This document shows positions 37,891-55,790 of a stretch of 64,000 nucleotides of DNA, piece after piece (the first letter of the stretch is position 1; each line of letters begins with the position of its first letter). The notes beneath the pieces were generated by a model. That model saw only the letters and a program-made list of their open reading frames with translations. It had not been told where the DNA came from and made no database searches. Source of the DNA: Octopus sinensis. Taxonomy: Eukaryota. Position numbers and translations under genes: made by a program. The DNA is taken from positions 84,630,001 through 84,694,000 of the forward strand of contig NC_043002.1 in the NCBI RefSeq assembly GCF_006345805.1, read 5' to 3'.

Positions 37891-38769
37891 TCTTACTAAC
37901 TGCCATATTGCATAACGAACAATTTATGATAATTGAAAGTGGATTTCTTGTTAACATGTAAACCTGGTTATGGGGTTTATGTTATCAACAAACGTTAATT
38001 TGGTTTCCAGTCGGCATATGCGTGTTCACACACGCACGCGTGCGCGCAAACTCATTCACAAGCACACACATATCTATATCCATAAAAGGCAGGATGTGTG
38101 TGTATGTGTGAGTGTACGTGATTGTACTTCATGTACGTCCACAAATTAGCATGCATGTCGCTCCAATTTTAGGAGAATATTGGTCACGATCATGTTTGTG
38201 CTTTTGTTAACTTATTTTTCCCGAGGCACCCCCGAATAGCGGTAAAAATCGCTTTTCAATCATAACTTTTACCAATTTTCACGTCGGTGAAATCCCTAAG
38301 TTTGCTAACATGAGTTAAGTCCCCTGTCTTGCATATAGATTAATTCACCCTACTACAATGCCTCCGAAAAAAAATTAGATTTGGACTAGCTAAGCAATCT
38401 CAGCGTAGGAAAAGAGAAGGAGCTGGAGAGACTGACTATCAGCGGACCCATTAGTAAAATATTATAACTTTTTGGGCCGAAGTCTGGCAATAACAGCTTG
38501 TGGATATTCCGCTACAAAGCATTCAATGATATTGAAGCAGTAACTTTCATAAATGAGAGTATAATTTTTGAAGACTCTTTCTGAACCCAGCCAACGACGG
38601 GTATTTCTGCTAGTATGTGATAAATATGGATTTGAAAATGGAAAAGTGTAATTACTGTTGATGTTAAATGTTGGTGCTGATGTAACTGCGTACACAATAT
38701 CATTTATCTTTTACTTGATTCAGTCATTGAACTGCAACCATGCAGGGACACCACATTGAAGGGTTTTAA

Positions 38770-39062
38770 TCGAACGAATCAACCCCAGTAGTTGTTTTTT
38801 AAGCCTGTCACTTATGCTCTCTGTCTCTTATGCCAAACCACAAAGTTACGGTGACGTAAATAAACTAACACCGGTTGTCAAGTGGTGGTGGGTGCGCGCG
38901 CGCACACACATACATACACACACATACATACACACACACACACATACGAGCTTCTTTTAGTTTCCGTCAACTAAGTGCAGTCACAAGACTTTGGACGGCC
39001 CGGGGCTATAGTAGAAGGCAGTTGTCTGTTGTGCCACGCAGTGAGACTGAATCCGGAACCGA
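38770..39062 (-). mobile_element. SINE family C (diverged)
   Basis: Reverse complement of gttccggattcagtctcactgcgtggcac..ctactatagccccgggccg..cttgtgac..aaaagaagc. Confidence 0.8.
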
Positions 39063-39137
39063 TGTAATCAACTGATTCCTTTCTACCGAAATTTCAGGCT
39101 CTGTTCCAATAGCAGGAAGAATTATTTGCTGCTGCTG

Positions 39138-41070
39138 TTATTTTTGCTTTATGTCTGTACAAGAGACAACAGGTTGGAAGTTCACGTTGTTGTTATGCCT
39201 AGTGTACTAGTGAATGTCTAATACATAAATTAAAAAAAAAAGGTTGTTTTAAACCTTGGGATTACATAGAGAGTATTTTGCGTAGGATATGAGCAGTTCC
39301 CATGAGCACTATCTTTTGAATTTCTGCCATTTTGGGGTTTCCTGGTATCTGAGTTAGGTAGCAATCAGCCCCTTTCGCTATCATTCCCAGGGCACCTATG
39401 GCAACAGGTATTGTTTTAGTCTTCAGGTTCCACATTTTGCTGATTTCTATTTCAAGATCTTTATATTTGCTGTTTTTGGTAGGTCTTGACAGATACGTTT
39501 ATATCGATTGGGACAGTCATATCAATGAGGAGGCATGTTCTTTGTCTGAAGTCTTTCAATATGATGTCTGGCCTATTTGCATCTATCTTTCTGTCAGTTT
39601 GAATGGTGAAGTTCCAGAGGAGTGAGATGTGGTCATTTTCAAGCACTGGAGGTGGATTGTGTTCCCACCAGTTTTTTTCATGGGGTAAATCCAAGTTTTT
39701 GCAAATTACCCAGTGAATATATTGTGCAGCTCTATCATGCCTGTTGAGGTACTCTGTAGGCGCAAGAAGACTGCATTTGGAGACAACATGATCAATGGTT
39801 TCATTTTGTTGTCGGCATAAACGACATGTTGGGCTACTGCTGTTCTTTAATATGTTGGCCTGGTAGTTTCTTGTTGGTAGGCATTGATCTTGAGCTGCTA
39901 TGATAAACCCTTCTGTTTCAGATTTTAAGCCAGATGCCATTAGCCATTGATGGGTCAGGGCTTTGTCAATATCTGCATTATTCGCTCTCTTTGGGTATTT
40001 GCCATAGAGAGGTTTTTCTTGCCATTTATTATTCAGAATATCTAAGGCCGCAGTTTTGGCACGGGTTTTCATGCGCCTAGCTTTTTCTGTGCTTGTTTCT
40101 TGTATATTTATCTCTAATTCCGAAATTTGTTGTATTCGGAATTCACTTAGATATTCCTTTGCCTGTTTTGTTACTGAGTATGATGCTTTCTTGTTTTCAT
40201 GTTTTGAGACAAGTTTTAACATCCAGTCCTCAGAGTTTTTCAGGTAGGTGTCTAGGCCAATTGTAGCAATCTTCATTGTTATTGCCAGTTGTAAAAGACC
40301 ACGGCATCCCTATTTTCTTGACAGATAAAGTCGTTCTGTATCTGCCTTAGAGTGGTGCATTCTATGCATTGTCAACAGTTTTCTTATTTTTCTGTCGAGC
40401 TGACATATTTCAGTAATTGACCAGTTAACGATATTGAAACTGTTAGTCACGACTGGTATGGCTAATGCATTGACCGCTTCGATCCTGTTTCTTGCATTCA
40501 GCTCTGTCTTGAGTATTGCTCTCACTCTTTGATAGCATTCTCTCATGATCCTTTCCTTCATCTCTGAATGCCTTATTCCGTTCCCTTCAATTACTCCTAG
40601 GTACTTGTAGCTCTCCGCTGGGTCTAGTTCTTTTATGATATTCTGCTGGTCAAGGTTAACGTTAGATGTTTCTGTCATTTTTCCTTTGATAAAGGTAGCT
40701 TTTGCACATTTATCGAGGCCGAATTGCATTCTGATGTCATCACTGAATTGTTTGACTATCGTTAGTAAGCCCTTGAGTTGTTGGTCATTTTTTGCAAAAA
40801 GCTTTAAATCATCCATGTAAATGAGATGATTTATATTTATATTTTTTTATATTTTTATCAAACATTTTATACCCGTACTGCGCGTCATTGAGCAGTTTTG
40901 AGAGAGGTATTAAGGCTAAACAAAAGAGGAGTGGTGACAGTGGGTCACCCTGGAAAATGCCACACGAAATTTTTACATCACCAGCATTTAGGGATTCATT
41001 GTCACTGTTCAGAGTTAGTGTGGTTCTCCATGATCTCATACTTACAGTCAAAAAGTTTCGCAGAGTAGGT
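39138..41070 (-). mobile_element. RLE-type (R4/Dong-like) LINE, 5'-truncated, relatively well preserved
   Basis: Motifs GIFQGDPLSPLLFCLAL, YMDDLKLFAK, CRLCRQQNETIDHVVSKC, RHDRAAQYIH, RPDII..CLLIDMTVP and IGALG. The 5' end abuts (TAA)n in element sense. Confidence 0.93.
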
Positions 41071-41676
41071 GATTATTATTATTATTGTTGTTGTTGTTGT
41101 TGTTGTTGTGTTGTTGTTGTTGTTGTTGTTGCTGCTGCTGCTGTTGCTAGAACAAGGTGATCTTACCCTTTTGAACCTTTGTCAGAACTAATTGTTATTA
41201 AGAACATTGTTGCATGTTGTTGTTGTTGCTGCTACCGATGTTGCTGTTGCTATTACTGATGTTGTTGTTAGTGTTGTTACGGTGGTGCTTATCGTTGTTA
41301 CTGCTGTTGTTATCTTTGTTGTTGTTATTGTTGTTGCAGTTGGTTGTTACTTTACTTGTGTTGCCACAGATCTGAGTCTGTTTCTTTTTCCTTTTTTTTT
41401 TGCTTTTCTTGCTTTTACTGTTTTTTGTTGTTGTTATTTTTTTATTATTATCTCACTGACAGTTATTATTTTTACTGCTAATGATCATTAAAGAACCGAT
41501 CATCATCATCATCACCACCACCACCACCACCACCACCACCACCACCGCCGCCGCCGCCACCACCACGACCACGACCACCACGACCACGACCACCATCATC
41601 ATCATCATCATCATCATCATTGTTATTAATACTATTATCGTCATCATTATCATTATTATCATCGTTGTTGTAATTA

Positions 41677-41719
<43 letters not shown>

Positions 41720-41751
41720 CATCATCTTCATCATCATCGTTGTAGTCATTA

Positions 41752-41816
<65 letters not shown>

Positions 41817-42030
41817 ATTATTAAATTTTTTTAACATAATTTTTATTATTACTGTTACTATTTTTATTATCATTTTTCTCTTTATTATTATCATTATTAT
41901 TATCATCGCTATTATTATTACCATTATTATTATTATTGCTATCGTCGTCGTCGTATCATCATCATCGTCGTCGTCGTCATCATCATCATCATCGTTACCG
42001 TTGTTGTTGTTGTTGTTGTTGTTGTTGCTC
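41071..42030. repeat. Mosaic trinucleotide microsatellite block (ATT/GTT/GCT/ATC/ACC/GCC/ACG/GTC)
   Basis: Read directly from the sequence. Confidence 0.95.
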
Positions 42031-43041
42031 TTACTAATTCACAAGAGTGTGTGTATGTGTGTGTGTCCCTTACAGAGGACTTACAAAAGAGCAACTAAAC
42101 CACGTTTCCATCATTTGTTCCGTTTCCTCTAAAAGACTAAGCAGAGAAAGAAAGAAAGAAAGAAAAAAAATAATAATACATTCCACAAACCAAAACCAAC
42201 TCCGCTATCCCCCTTCGTCGACGCCACCACCATTTTGTGTATGTACGCCATTTTCCCAAGAAAACATTCCACTCCTCCTATCATTGATTACTTCCTCCAT
42301 ACACCACGCCATCTTCAAGACTTCAACCAAACTGTAACCTTTAATTTTTTTTTACCCCCATTCTTCTCATGCACCATTTTCTGCTCCATCGCTCTCTCTC
42401 ACCTTGTTTCGCTCTCTCTTTTTCGCTCTCCTTCACTTTTTACTTTCGTTTCTTTCCTACTCACTCTTCTCTCTCTCTCACCCTCTCTATTTCTCTTTCT
42501 TTCATAACTTCTATGCTTCTCCGCTTCGTCCTTTCTCCTCCGCATCTCACCTTCTCTGCAACAACATCTAACTTCGTCAAACTGATTCCCTTTCTTCGTA
42601 CCTCCAACTCCTTCTGTCTCTGATGCTCTCCTCGACCCCAATCACCCCATATCCCCCTCCTCTACCATTGCCATTTCAACTGATTTCACATAATTAACAC
42701 TGCTTAGATGCAATATATCTCCGGGTATTTACTATTTTTTTTGTTACCATTTTCTCATTTCCATTTACAGTGGAACTGGTGCGAACCAAAGTCACGAAAT
42801 GCAGGGTGGGGTGGCAAATTTACGAAATAGAAGAGCGAGAGAGGGGGCGAGGGAGTGAGGGAGAAACAGAGATGGGGGAGAGAAAAGGTGAGAGAGTGAG
42901 AAAGAGAGTGACTGAGAGAGATAACAAAGAGGAATGAGTTGAGAGAAGGCTAAAAAGAAATTGTAAGTGAAAGAGATAAATCAGCAGAAAATGAAATGAA
43001 GAAAATAGTGAGTGAGCGTGTGTGTGTGTGTGTGTGTGTGT

Positions 43042-43072
<31 letters not shown>

Positions 43073-43528
43073 CAGAGACAGAGAGTGAGTGAGTGAGAGA
43101 GAGAGAAATTGAGAGAGACAAAGTCAGGGAGGAAGAGAGAGAAGGAAGGAGAGAGAAGGAGAGAGGGAGAGAGAGAGAACATTAAAATATATCAACATTT
43201 CACCTTATTTGATGACGATAATGATGAAGACGATGATGAAAATGATGATGATAATGATGATGATGAAGATGATGATAATGACGATGATGATGAAGAGGAT
43301 GAGGATGATGACGACGATAACGGCAACGACGGTGTTGGTGATGGTTTAGAGGTCACTTTTTAGTCTTAAATCAGTCTTGATGACCAACGACGTATATATA
43401 TATATATATGTATATATATATGTATATATATGTATATAATATTATTAGTGAATGGAAGAAATGGAGTTGAACGAAGATTGTACAGAATTCCTTTTATTGC
43501 ATTCTACACATGTTTCAAAGGCCACATG

Positions 43529-43559
<31 letters not shown>

Positions 43560-43672
43560 ATATATAATATATATATATATATACATTTATATATACATAT
43601 ATATATATATACATATATATTCATATACATTTATACATACATACATACATACATACAACATACATACATACA

Positions 43673-43752
<80 letters not shown>

Positions 43753-43815
43753 TTGAACCATAAGTATTAGAAATTAATTTAAAAATATACCCTAAATTTC
43801 CATTTCTTTGGATGA

Positions 43816-44460
43816 TTCTAAGACCTCCTAATGGGGGCTTAACCCCCAGATTTTAGTCATTTTTCATGGAACAAAATTACTGAATAGATCTTCATGATAT
43901 TTGGAACTTAGATTCAATGCATAAGGGCAGGTATAATGCAGTATGTTTGGTTTGAATTTGAGATGGCTTAAAGGAAACAGAATCCCCCATGAACATTCAT
44001 AAATTTCCGATAGGTAATTGACACAAATCAAGAAGTATTCACAAAGTTCCCGCTTCTCATTAGGATTCTAAGATCCCCTAATGGGGGCCTTAACTCCCAA
44101 ACTTTAGTCACCTTTATGATCCAAAACAAGGTCAAAAGTACTGAATGGATCTATGAAATTTGGAAATTATATTCTATGCGTAAGGACAGATGTAATGCAG
44201 TATATGTTTGAAAGTGAGGGGGGCATAAATGAGGCCATAACTCCCATGAAAATTTATATTTTTTTGCTGTTGATGAAATTTTAACCATAGATATTTTTTA
44301 CATGGCTTAAGCACATTGTGCTCTTCTGCCAATAAATTTGATTTGATCTGATTTGGTATTAGACACAAATGAAGTAATATTCCTAAAATTTCAACTTCTT
44401 AGAAGTCAGTAAGATCCCTTAATGGGGGCTTAACACCCACAATTTAGTCATTTTTCGTAA
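43816..44460. repeat. Degenerate tandem repeat, three units (spacings ~250 and ~340 bp)
   Basis: The motif taaga(t)ccc(c/t)taatgggggc(c)ttaac.ccca...ttagtca recurs at ~43818, ~44068 and ~44410. Confidence 0.75.
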
Positions 44461-44760
44461 GCCAAGACAAATACAAGATGAGCTTTATTTGTAATTCAAT
44501 GGTACAACAGTGTAAGAGTTTGTTTTGAGATACACTTAAATTGTGATTTCTGCAATGTGGTGCATAAATTGTCAAGTAAAGGAGAGGCATCTTTGCCTCC
44601 ACTGATTCAGTTGCAAAGTGTTATTTTGAGTAAAGTTATTTGGTTGCAGACCTCCTTTGAGTCTTTTCGTTATCACTGGGCCAGAGACAGTCCCTAGATG
44701 GTAACATTGATTTCAAGGCCTTTCCAGAAAAGTGATTGGTCATTCTAATCAGCAGAAATA

Positions 44761-46259
44761 ATGAGGGGAGCCAGACTTAGCTCTCGTCAAAGTAAATTTA
44801 CTTGAATTGCTACCGGAAGGGTGAAAACGCAGTCGAAGCGCAAAGACAGTTTAGGAGAGAAAGAGTTTGTAACAGATTTCCCTATGCGACTTGTCATCAC
44901 TCGAATTAGGGATGAGTTTGAAGAAGATGGACCTGTTCTGAATATTTACAAGACACGTTTCGGAAGACTGCAGACATCGTCAAGTCCCACAAAACAAAAA
45001 AAGAGTACTAGAAACTTATTTATAGAATTAAAAATAGAAATCTGTGGGTGTAACGGAATTGTGAGCCTGGACTTTCAAAATCAAGCGTCCATCGCAACTT
45101 GAAGCGCTGTTATTCGAAAAATTACATTCTAAGAATGTTTCGTGTTCTCATGCTCTCGGTGCAGATGATCCAGACTGAAGAGCGGAGTTTTGCGAGTGGT
45201 ACTTGGCAAGACGTGTAAGAAATCCTTTCTAACAACGATTACTTGGAGCGGTTAGCCCAGTGGTTAGGGCAGCGGACTCGCGGTTTCGATTCCCAGACCG
45301 AGCATTGTGAGTGTTTATTGAGCGAAAACACCTAAAGCTTCACAAGGCTCCTGCAGGGGGTGGTGGTGAACCCTGCTGTACTCTTTCACCACAACTTTCT
45401 CTCACTCTTTCTTCCTGTTTCTGTTGTACCTGTATTTCAAAGGGCCAGCCTTGTCACACTCTGTGTCACGCTGAATCTCCTCGAGAACTACGTTAAGGGT
45501 ACACGTGTCTGTGGAATGCTCAGCCATTTGCACGTTAATTCCACGAGCAAGCTGTTCCGTTGATCGTATCAGCTGGGACCCTCATCGTCGTAACCGACGG
45601 AGTGCTCCTATTATACTTGGAGCGGTGAGACTACATCTAAATTAAATGACTCATTTAACCACCACAATTACAGAGTAACATCATGTAAGCTTACTAGGAG
45701 TTACAGTAAGGAGCAGCTTATCAAAAGTATTTAATGGACCATTCTTTTTTGATGGTACTGTGACTGGTCCTAGTCACTTGAATTTGCCGCGACAATCATT
45801 TATGTCAAGCATTGAAAATGACATTGAAAATGTGGAGTTTTATTTCCAGCAAGATGATGTACACTTGCACTATCATATTAATGTAAAGATCTCCTTTGCA
45901 TTGTTCGATTGGACAAGGGAGTCCAGTAGGATACCCTATGGACCTCACTTCTCTAGACTCTTAATGGATATACCTAGAATACATAGTTAACGCTACACAA
46001 CCGACAAGAGTCGACGTAGTGAAAGCAGCCTTTAAACGAGAATGCATACAAAAACAACGGAATATTTCTTGATGCTTGTGATTCCATTACTTCGCGTAAT
46101 ATGCATTGTTTGGGCCAGGACGCTAATGAATTTGAAAGCAGGTTATTATACAAATTTTAAACTGTCTGTAGATTCTATCAAATGAAATGTATTCAAAATA
46201 AACACTGACCCTATAATAATCAGCGAGTGTATATACATTCATTTAGGACACCCTGTATA
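44761..46259 (+). mobile_element. Tc1/mariner transposase relic with 3' TIR, interrupted by a SINE
   Basis: MRGARLS..ENAVEAQRQFRRE..TRIRDEFEEDG (HTH), WSGE..LN..NHHN (first catalytic D region), GPFFFDGTVTG and YFQQDD. Ends ggacaccctgta-TA at ~46247-46259. Confidence 0.8.
45253..45613 (+). mobile_element. SINE family B, tail type ii, inserted in the transposase
   Basis: TSD tacttggagcggt at 45240-45252 and 45614-45626. Confidence 0.92.
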
Positions 46260-48399
46260 TACAAACATATACAAATACATACACACGCGGAAGAAGAAAA
46301 AAACAAGAAAAGTAAAGAAAAGAAAAGTAAAGAAAAGAAGAGAGAGAGAAAAAGTGGGGGATGAAAATGAAAGAGAAAGAGAGAGGAAGGAAAAACGGGA
46401 AAGTGGAAGGATGTAAGTAAGCAAACTACAGTAAACAAACTTGTATCCGGTTAGTAGAATATTTCATTTTGATTCCAACCAATTGTTGAGCGACTTGAGC
46501 AATCTGAATACGAACAGGACATAACTTAAAGAGTCAAAGAAGGATATTATCTGTGTTAAATAATAATAATAACAACAACACTAAAAAACAACAACAATAT
46601 TATCAATATTAATGGGCTTGTTAATAGAGATTACGAATTAGTGTGTGTGTGTGTGCGCGTGTGTGTGCGTGTGTGTGTGTATGTGTATGTGTATGCCAGC
46701 CGGAAAAATGCGGTCGCAAGAGTGATACTATTGTTAATTAAGTGAACTTAGAAAATTACTAGACAAGAAGTGGGAACTTAAAAATATTGCAGTTGTCGTT
46801 GGAATATAAATTCAAATCATGCCTTTCGGATGATATCGGATAAATAAAAACAGCAAGAACACTGTAAAGGGATGACAAGGCTACCCTTGGACAGCTTGAT
46901 GATAATAAATGTGAAAGGACATCTTCTTTCCCCCCATAGCGCCTTCTCATGTGCATGCTTAATTGAGATTATGCCCAATGAGTTATGCTGAATCTGAGGA
47001 AGATAATTTAAATTTTGTGTATTTTAAAGAAGGAAAGTTTGTTGGTAAAGTTTTTGAGAAGCCATGAATATTGGGAATGGGGTGGGGAATTTCTGATATC
47101 CGTGCTTAAGAGTGTTGGATTTCAAGAGTCTCTTGGAAATAGATTCTGTATACTTTATCTCTAGTGGCGACAAATTTACACTTTTCAGTTGTAGAAAGTA
47201 GACTCACTAAAACCACCACACCATTTATCTCTAAGCATTACTGAGCTGAGAGGATACTGTTGCCTATTTGGCTTTTACTAGTGCGTCTTATTTCTCTATA
47301 CCTAAATTTCAATTTGGCTATAGTTGGGAATGCACAAAAGGAAGGTAGCTGACCGGCTACATCTTCACCAAACATAAGTGGTTCAATCCTCTCCAATCAT
47401 CCACCATATTTTATTTTATAGAGAGTAAATAAAGAAGGTTTTGTATGAAATTCTTTTCATAGGAGGAATTAAAGTCTAAATGGAGGGATATGATTTCATT
47501 TGAACTTTAGTTTTTGTTTCAGTTCCAGATTCAGCTGCAATATTTGTAAGCTACTCCTTCCTACCCTGTACTCTTCTAGGTTCAACTAATAATAAAATTA
47601 TTGCCATTAAGAACGCCATTTTATTCTATTAAATGCCGGGTTTTTATAGGCAACAGCATACACCGATCTATTCTTTTTATAGGCAACACATTTTATTGCC
47701 TCCAATTATTGATACTGAGACAAAACTCACAAAGTATAAAAGATGAAAAATTGAACATTTTTCAACAAGTTTAATCTGTCGTGAAAATGCAAATTTTATA
47801 AGTGGTCAAAAGTAAATTATATAAAAATGTCCACGGGGAACACGAGACGAAGGGAAAAATGCCAAAAAAAAATCAGCTGATGAACTAAATGACGTCAGTC
47901 AGAAAGCAGTACAGCGAATATGAGTCAACCAGTTTGAGGTCAAAGGTGTCTGATCTAATCGGGAACAAGTAATTTTAAATGTTTCAAATAATCTTTATTT
48001 GTAAGACAGAAGGTTTTTAGTTGGGAGCCGGAATCAATTACAAATTAAGAAGAATCTGAAGACTTATCTACAGAGAAAAATTATGAATTTTAAATTTTAC
48101 TGATTCATATTAAATTACTATTTTGGTCTGTGGGCTTAAACGGTGATTTCATGCTTCTTTTTTCTTTTTTGAGACGATTTTTGAAACTTTTAAAACTTGC
48201 CCAGCATTATGACGAAGAAAGTAAATTGTTTGGGTGGGATCATTATTTTGCCTTTACATAAATAATAAGAGGAAAAGTGAATAAAGAAATCATTATAATC
48301 ATCATCATCTTTATTCGTTTAACTTGTCCTGATTTATTCATGTCTATGTCGCGCCTCAGCTTCGTCGCACAGCTTAGGGATGTAGTACTTGCCTCAACA

Positions 48400-49740
48400 A
48401 ATGAGCTGTTATAAGTATTATTGCCATTTGAATACTTCTTAAAGAGTTTGATATTTGCAGCTTTTGATGCCAAAATATTGCTCGTTTTGATATGGTCCCA
48501 AGTGCACCGATCATATTAGGCACCATACTCACATTTGAGGCTCCATGGATTCTTCTCACTTCCGATCCTAGGTCTCTGTACTTACCGACTTTCTCGTCCT
48601 CTGTCTTCACAATATTCTAGTCTGCAGGTAATGCTACCTCGATGCAGGTCCATTATTTTGACTCCTTCAGTAGGAGAATGATATCTGGTCGGTTATGTTG
48701 TAGTTTTTTTGTCTGTGTATAATGGCATACCCCATATGAGTTTCTCCTGATTATTCTCTGCTACTAGCAGTTTATTTGCTGTTTGCTGGGTATGATGGAA
48801 AGTAACAGTTGCCCACAGCCAGCAGACTAAGGTGATATTTGTTTACTGATCATGCTTCAAAAACCCTTCGGAGAACTCTTGCAGTTCCAAGCAATGATGA
48901 TTTTTGTAGATGTTCTATCTACATTTGTACCAATCTTTTTGAGCCACATTGATAGTTGAGTGCTGATACCTCCAAGCGCGTCAATCAATACTGGTATCAC
49001 GTTCACTCTCTTCATTGCCCACAACTTGCGTATTTCCCACTTCAATTCATCATAGTTTCCTTTTTCTTCTTCTCTCCTCGATCCTGTTGTCGTTAGGGTA
49101 AGCTATGCCAATTAGCAGATATATTTTGTCTTTTCTGTTCGCTACAATATCAGGTTTTCGAATGTGCAATCTGATGATCACACCGTGTCGTTGTATCCCA
49201 CAGAATTCTTGCAATCCTCATTCACAGTAACTCCTTCTGGGATTTTGTCATACCACGTCTTTGCTCTTCGTAGACCGCAATTTCCATAGAGCCCATAATG
49301 GATCATTCTTGTCACATTATCATGTCGCCTTTTGTATTCACGTTGTGCTAATTTCGGGCATTCACTAACAATATACCAGGCTGTTTCACCCCTCTTCCCA
49401 CACATTCTTAATTTGTTGCTCTCAGTTGTGTTATCAATTCTGCGCTTCACAAAGTTTGTCCTCAAAGCTTGTTCTTGTGATTCGCATGTAAGTGCTTCTG
49501 TCTCTATTTTCAGATCACTCCTTCACATACATAACCACCGGTCTTCTGTATCTGTGTTTACGCTCATATCTCTTGCAAACTGACCGTACATTTTCCTCCT
49601 TTCCATGCCATTTTTTTTTTCGTGTTCTTTTCTTCCTAACATTTCTCTTTCTTAACACAATTATCAGTTTTTTGATGCCGGAGTTCTTCACACGCAACAA
49701 CAATAGCTCCGCGGGATTTTTTTTTACATATCATCCTAAA
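48400..49740 (-). mobile_element. Two adjacent RLE-type (Dong-like) LINE 3' fragments
   Basis: First fragment: HNRPDII..TCIEVALP..EKVGKYRDL..IGALGTIS. Second fragment: RMCGKRGETAWYIVSEC, YKRRHDNV, KWEIRKLW..VIPVLIDALG. Confidence 0.8.
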
Positions 49741-49779
49741 CTGTTTTCATCTGATTCAACACAATATTTTCCCTATAGG

Positions 49780-49988
49780 GTGGCAAGCTGACAGAATCGT
49801 TAGCATGCCCGGCGAAATGCTTAGCGGCATTTCGTCCATCGCTACGTTCTAAGTTCAAAATCCGCAGAGGTCAACTTTGCCTTTCATCCTTCTGGGTCGA
49901 TAAAATAGAACCAGTGAAACACTAGGATCCATGTAATCAACGAGTTACCTCCTACCAAATTTCAGGCCCTGTGCTTTTAGTAGAAAGG

Positions 49989-50035
<47 letters not shown>

Positions 50036-50052
50036 CATTATTATTATCATCA

Positions 50053-50109
<57 letters not shown>

Positions 50110-50300
50110 TATTATTATTATTATTAAAGAGGGGAGCTGGCATTTCATCCGTCTTTACGTTCTGAGTTCAAATTCCGCCGAGGTCGACTTTTCATCCCAT
50201 CGGGGTCGAAGAAATAAGTACCAGTTGCGCACTAAAATCGATGTAATTGACTAACCCACTCCCCCAAAATTTCAGGTCTTGTGCCTGTAATGGAAAGGAT
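49780..50300 (+). mobile_element. Two SINE A copies (~49780-49990 and ~50128-50300) separated by (ATT)n
   Basis: Both carry the family A core and tail. Confidence 0.85.
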
Positions 50301-50879
50301 TACTATTATAGGGTGAGAAAGCCATGCCCTCAAAGTGACACTGGGGTAAAATATACGAAGCCAATATACCCATCATGACTACTCGTGTGATGATGGTACA
50401 CCAGGCACATGCCTCACAACCATATGTAGCGCGACATGGTGATCTTATAATAAGATAAACAGCGCATGACATTTCTTCAGGTTGAGTGGCCCATCCTGCT
50501 CAAAAGGTCCCTGAACGAGGTTTGTTTAAGGATGATGAACGAAACGTCCATGTTTCTAGGGGTGAATGTTCAAACTCCAAAGAATTCCTCTCAACACATA
50601 GCTATGATGCTCTCCCACTATTCCTGCTCTTCATCAGAGATACACATATCGTCAGCCACTAAGGGACATGCTCAACTGGTTAAGGTCAAGCAAATGATAG
50701 CAAATCTGTGGTGTTAGGCAGAATATTTGCTCTAGCCTATCTTATGCCAAGACAAAACATGTACATGATAACACTTCCAATCAGTTAAGATCAAAAGTTA
50801 TGAGAGCCGCTGCCTCATGATAACAAACCTCTGGTATTGAACAGAATATTTGCTGTTAGCAGCTCTGTGGTATTAAGCA

Positions 50880-51966
50880 GTATTATTATGTGTGGGTTCC
50901 GTTTATGAAGCTCGTCTTTCTGCAGCTCGTCTCCTTGATGGAGCTGCAGTCCTGGGTGAAGAAAAGACTGAGACTGGGCACCTGGCACCTAGACTATCGT
51001 CAAACGTTCACGGCCCTCTATCAATGGGATCGGTGGATGTTCCCCTTTATAAATTTATAGAGGATTAATGGCGAGGAAGCGCGACAACGTTCTCGGGGAG
51101 ACTCTGTGCGCCAACGAGAACGAACTGGCAAATCTGTTCCGGTGTAATTTCCGGTCGGGATCTATCATGGATAATTTGCAGATGTACTTGGCCTGGCAGT
51201 GCTACCGGGGGTCGCTACGCAGTAGAGATAAACTCTACAGACTCGGATGTACTGTCAGACGGGCTTGTCCGAGGTGCGCGCAGAGTGACGAAACCGTTCT
51301 GCACGCACTCGTTCAGTGTCCGGGCATTGCTAACTTGTGATGTTATGTCGAACAGCTGCTGCCACGTGTAAGACTGATCCGTTTATCGGTCGAGTCTGTA
51401 GTGATGATTTTTACCGGCGTCCTCCATCAGTCGGGCAGGCAAGGCAGTTTCCATTTGCCTGATGGCTATGGCAAAAGAGGTTGTTTGATGGACATGGTCG
51501 AAAGGCTTGAGAACAGATACATTCCTCTTTGGTAGAGCTCTCATTGACTTCTTAAAGTTTCACTTGAAAAGAAAACTGAGAGTGAGAGTGCTGTCCTCGA
51601 GTGAGTTTATTGAAAGATAAGTGAAAGTTGCGAAAATGGTGAGAGTGGATGATACCTAAGTGTAGACCAGTGAGTCGGAGAGGGCACTTACTCTTGAGGT
51701 TTCAGGGAAACCTCGAACAGTGGGGTTGCTCGATTATCCCTCAGAAGCCTTCCTGTATCATGAGGGCCACATTTCTATCATCCTCCCCGCCACTTTGTTT
51801 TAACCTTTGTAAACTATGTGTATGTCCCTTCCTTTCCTTTGTATACTATGTCTACTTACCTTTTTTGTTTTTTTACTATCATTTCATTATATGTAAACCC
51901 CCACACGTTATGTTCGTCATTTTATTGTCCCCCCTCACCCTTCACACTTGTGGCTAATAAAGGAAA
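50880..51966 (+). mobile_element. Tx1/L1-like LINE 3' end (zf-RVT-like cysteine-rich region plus 3' UTR)
   Basis: Translates to LAWQCYRGSLRSRDKL..CPRCAQSDETVLHALVQC. Ends aataaaggaa followed by (ATC)n. Confidence 0.8.
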
Positions 51967-51989
51967 TCATCATCATCAGCATCGTCATC

Positions 51990-55790
<3,801 letters not shown>

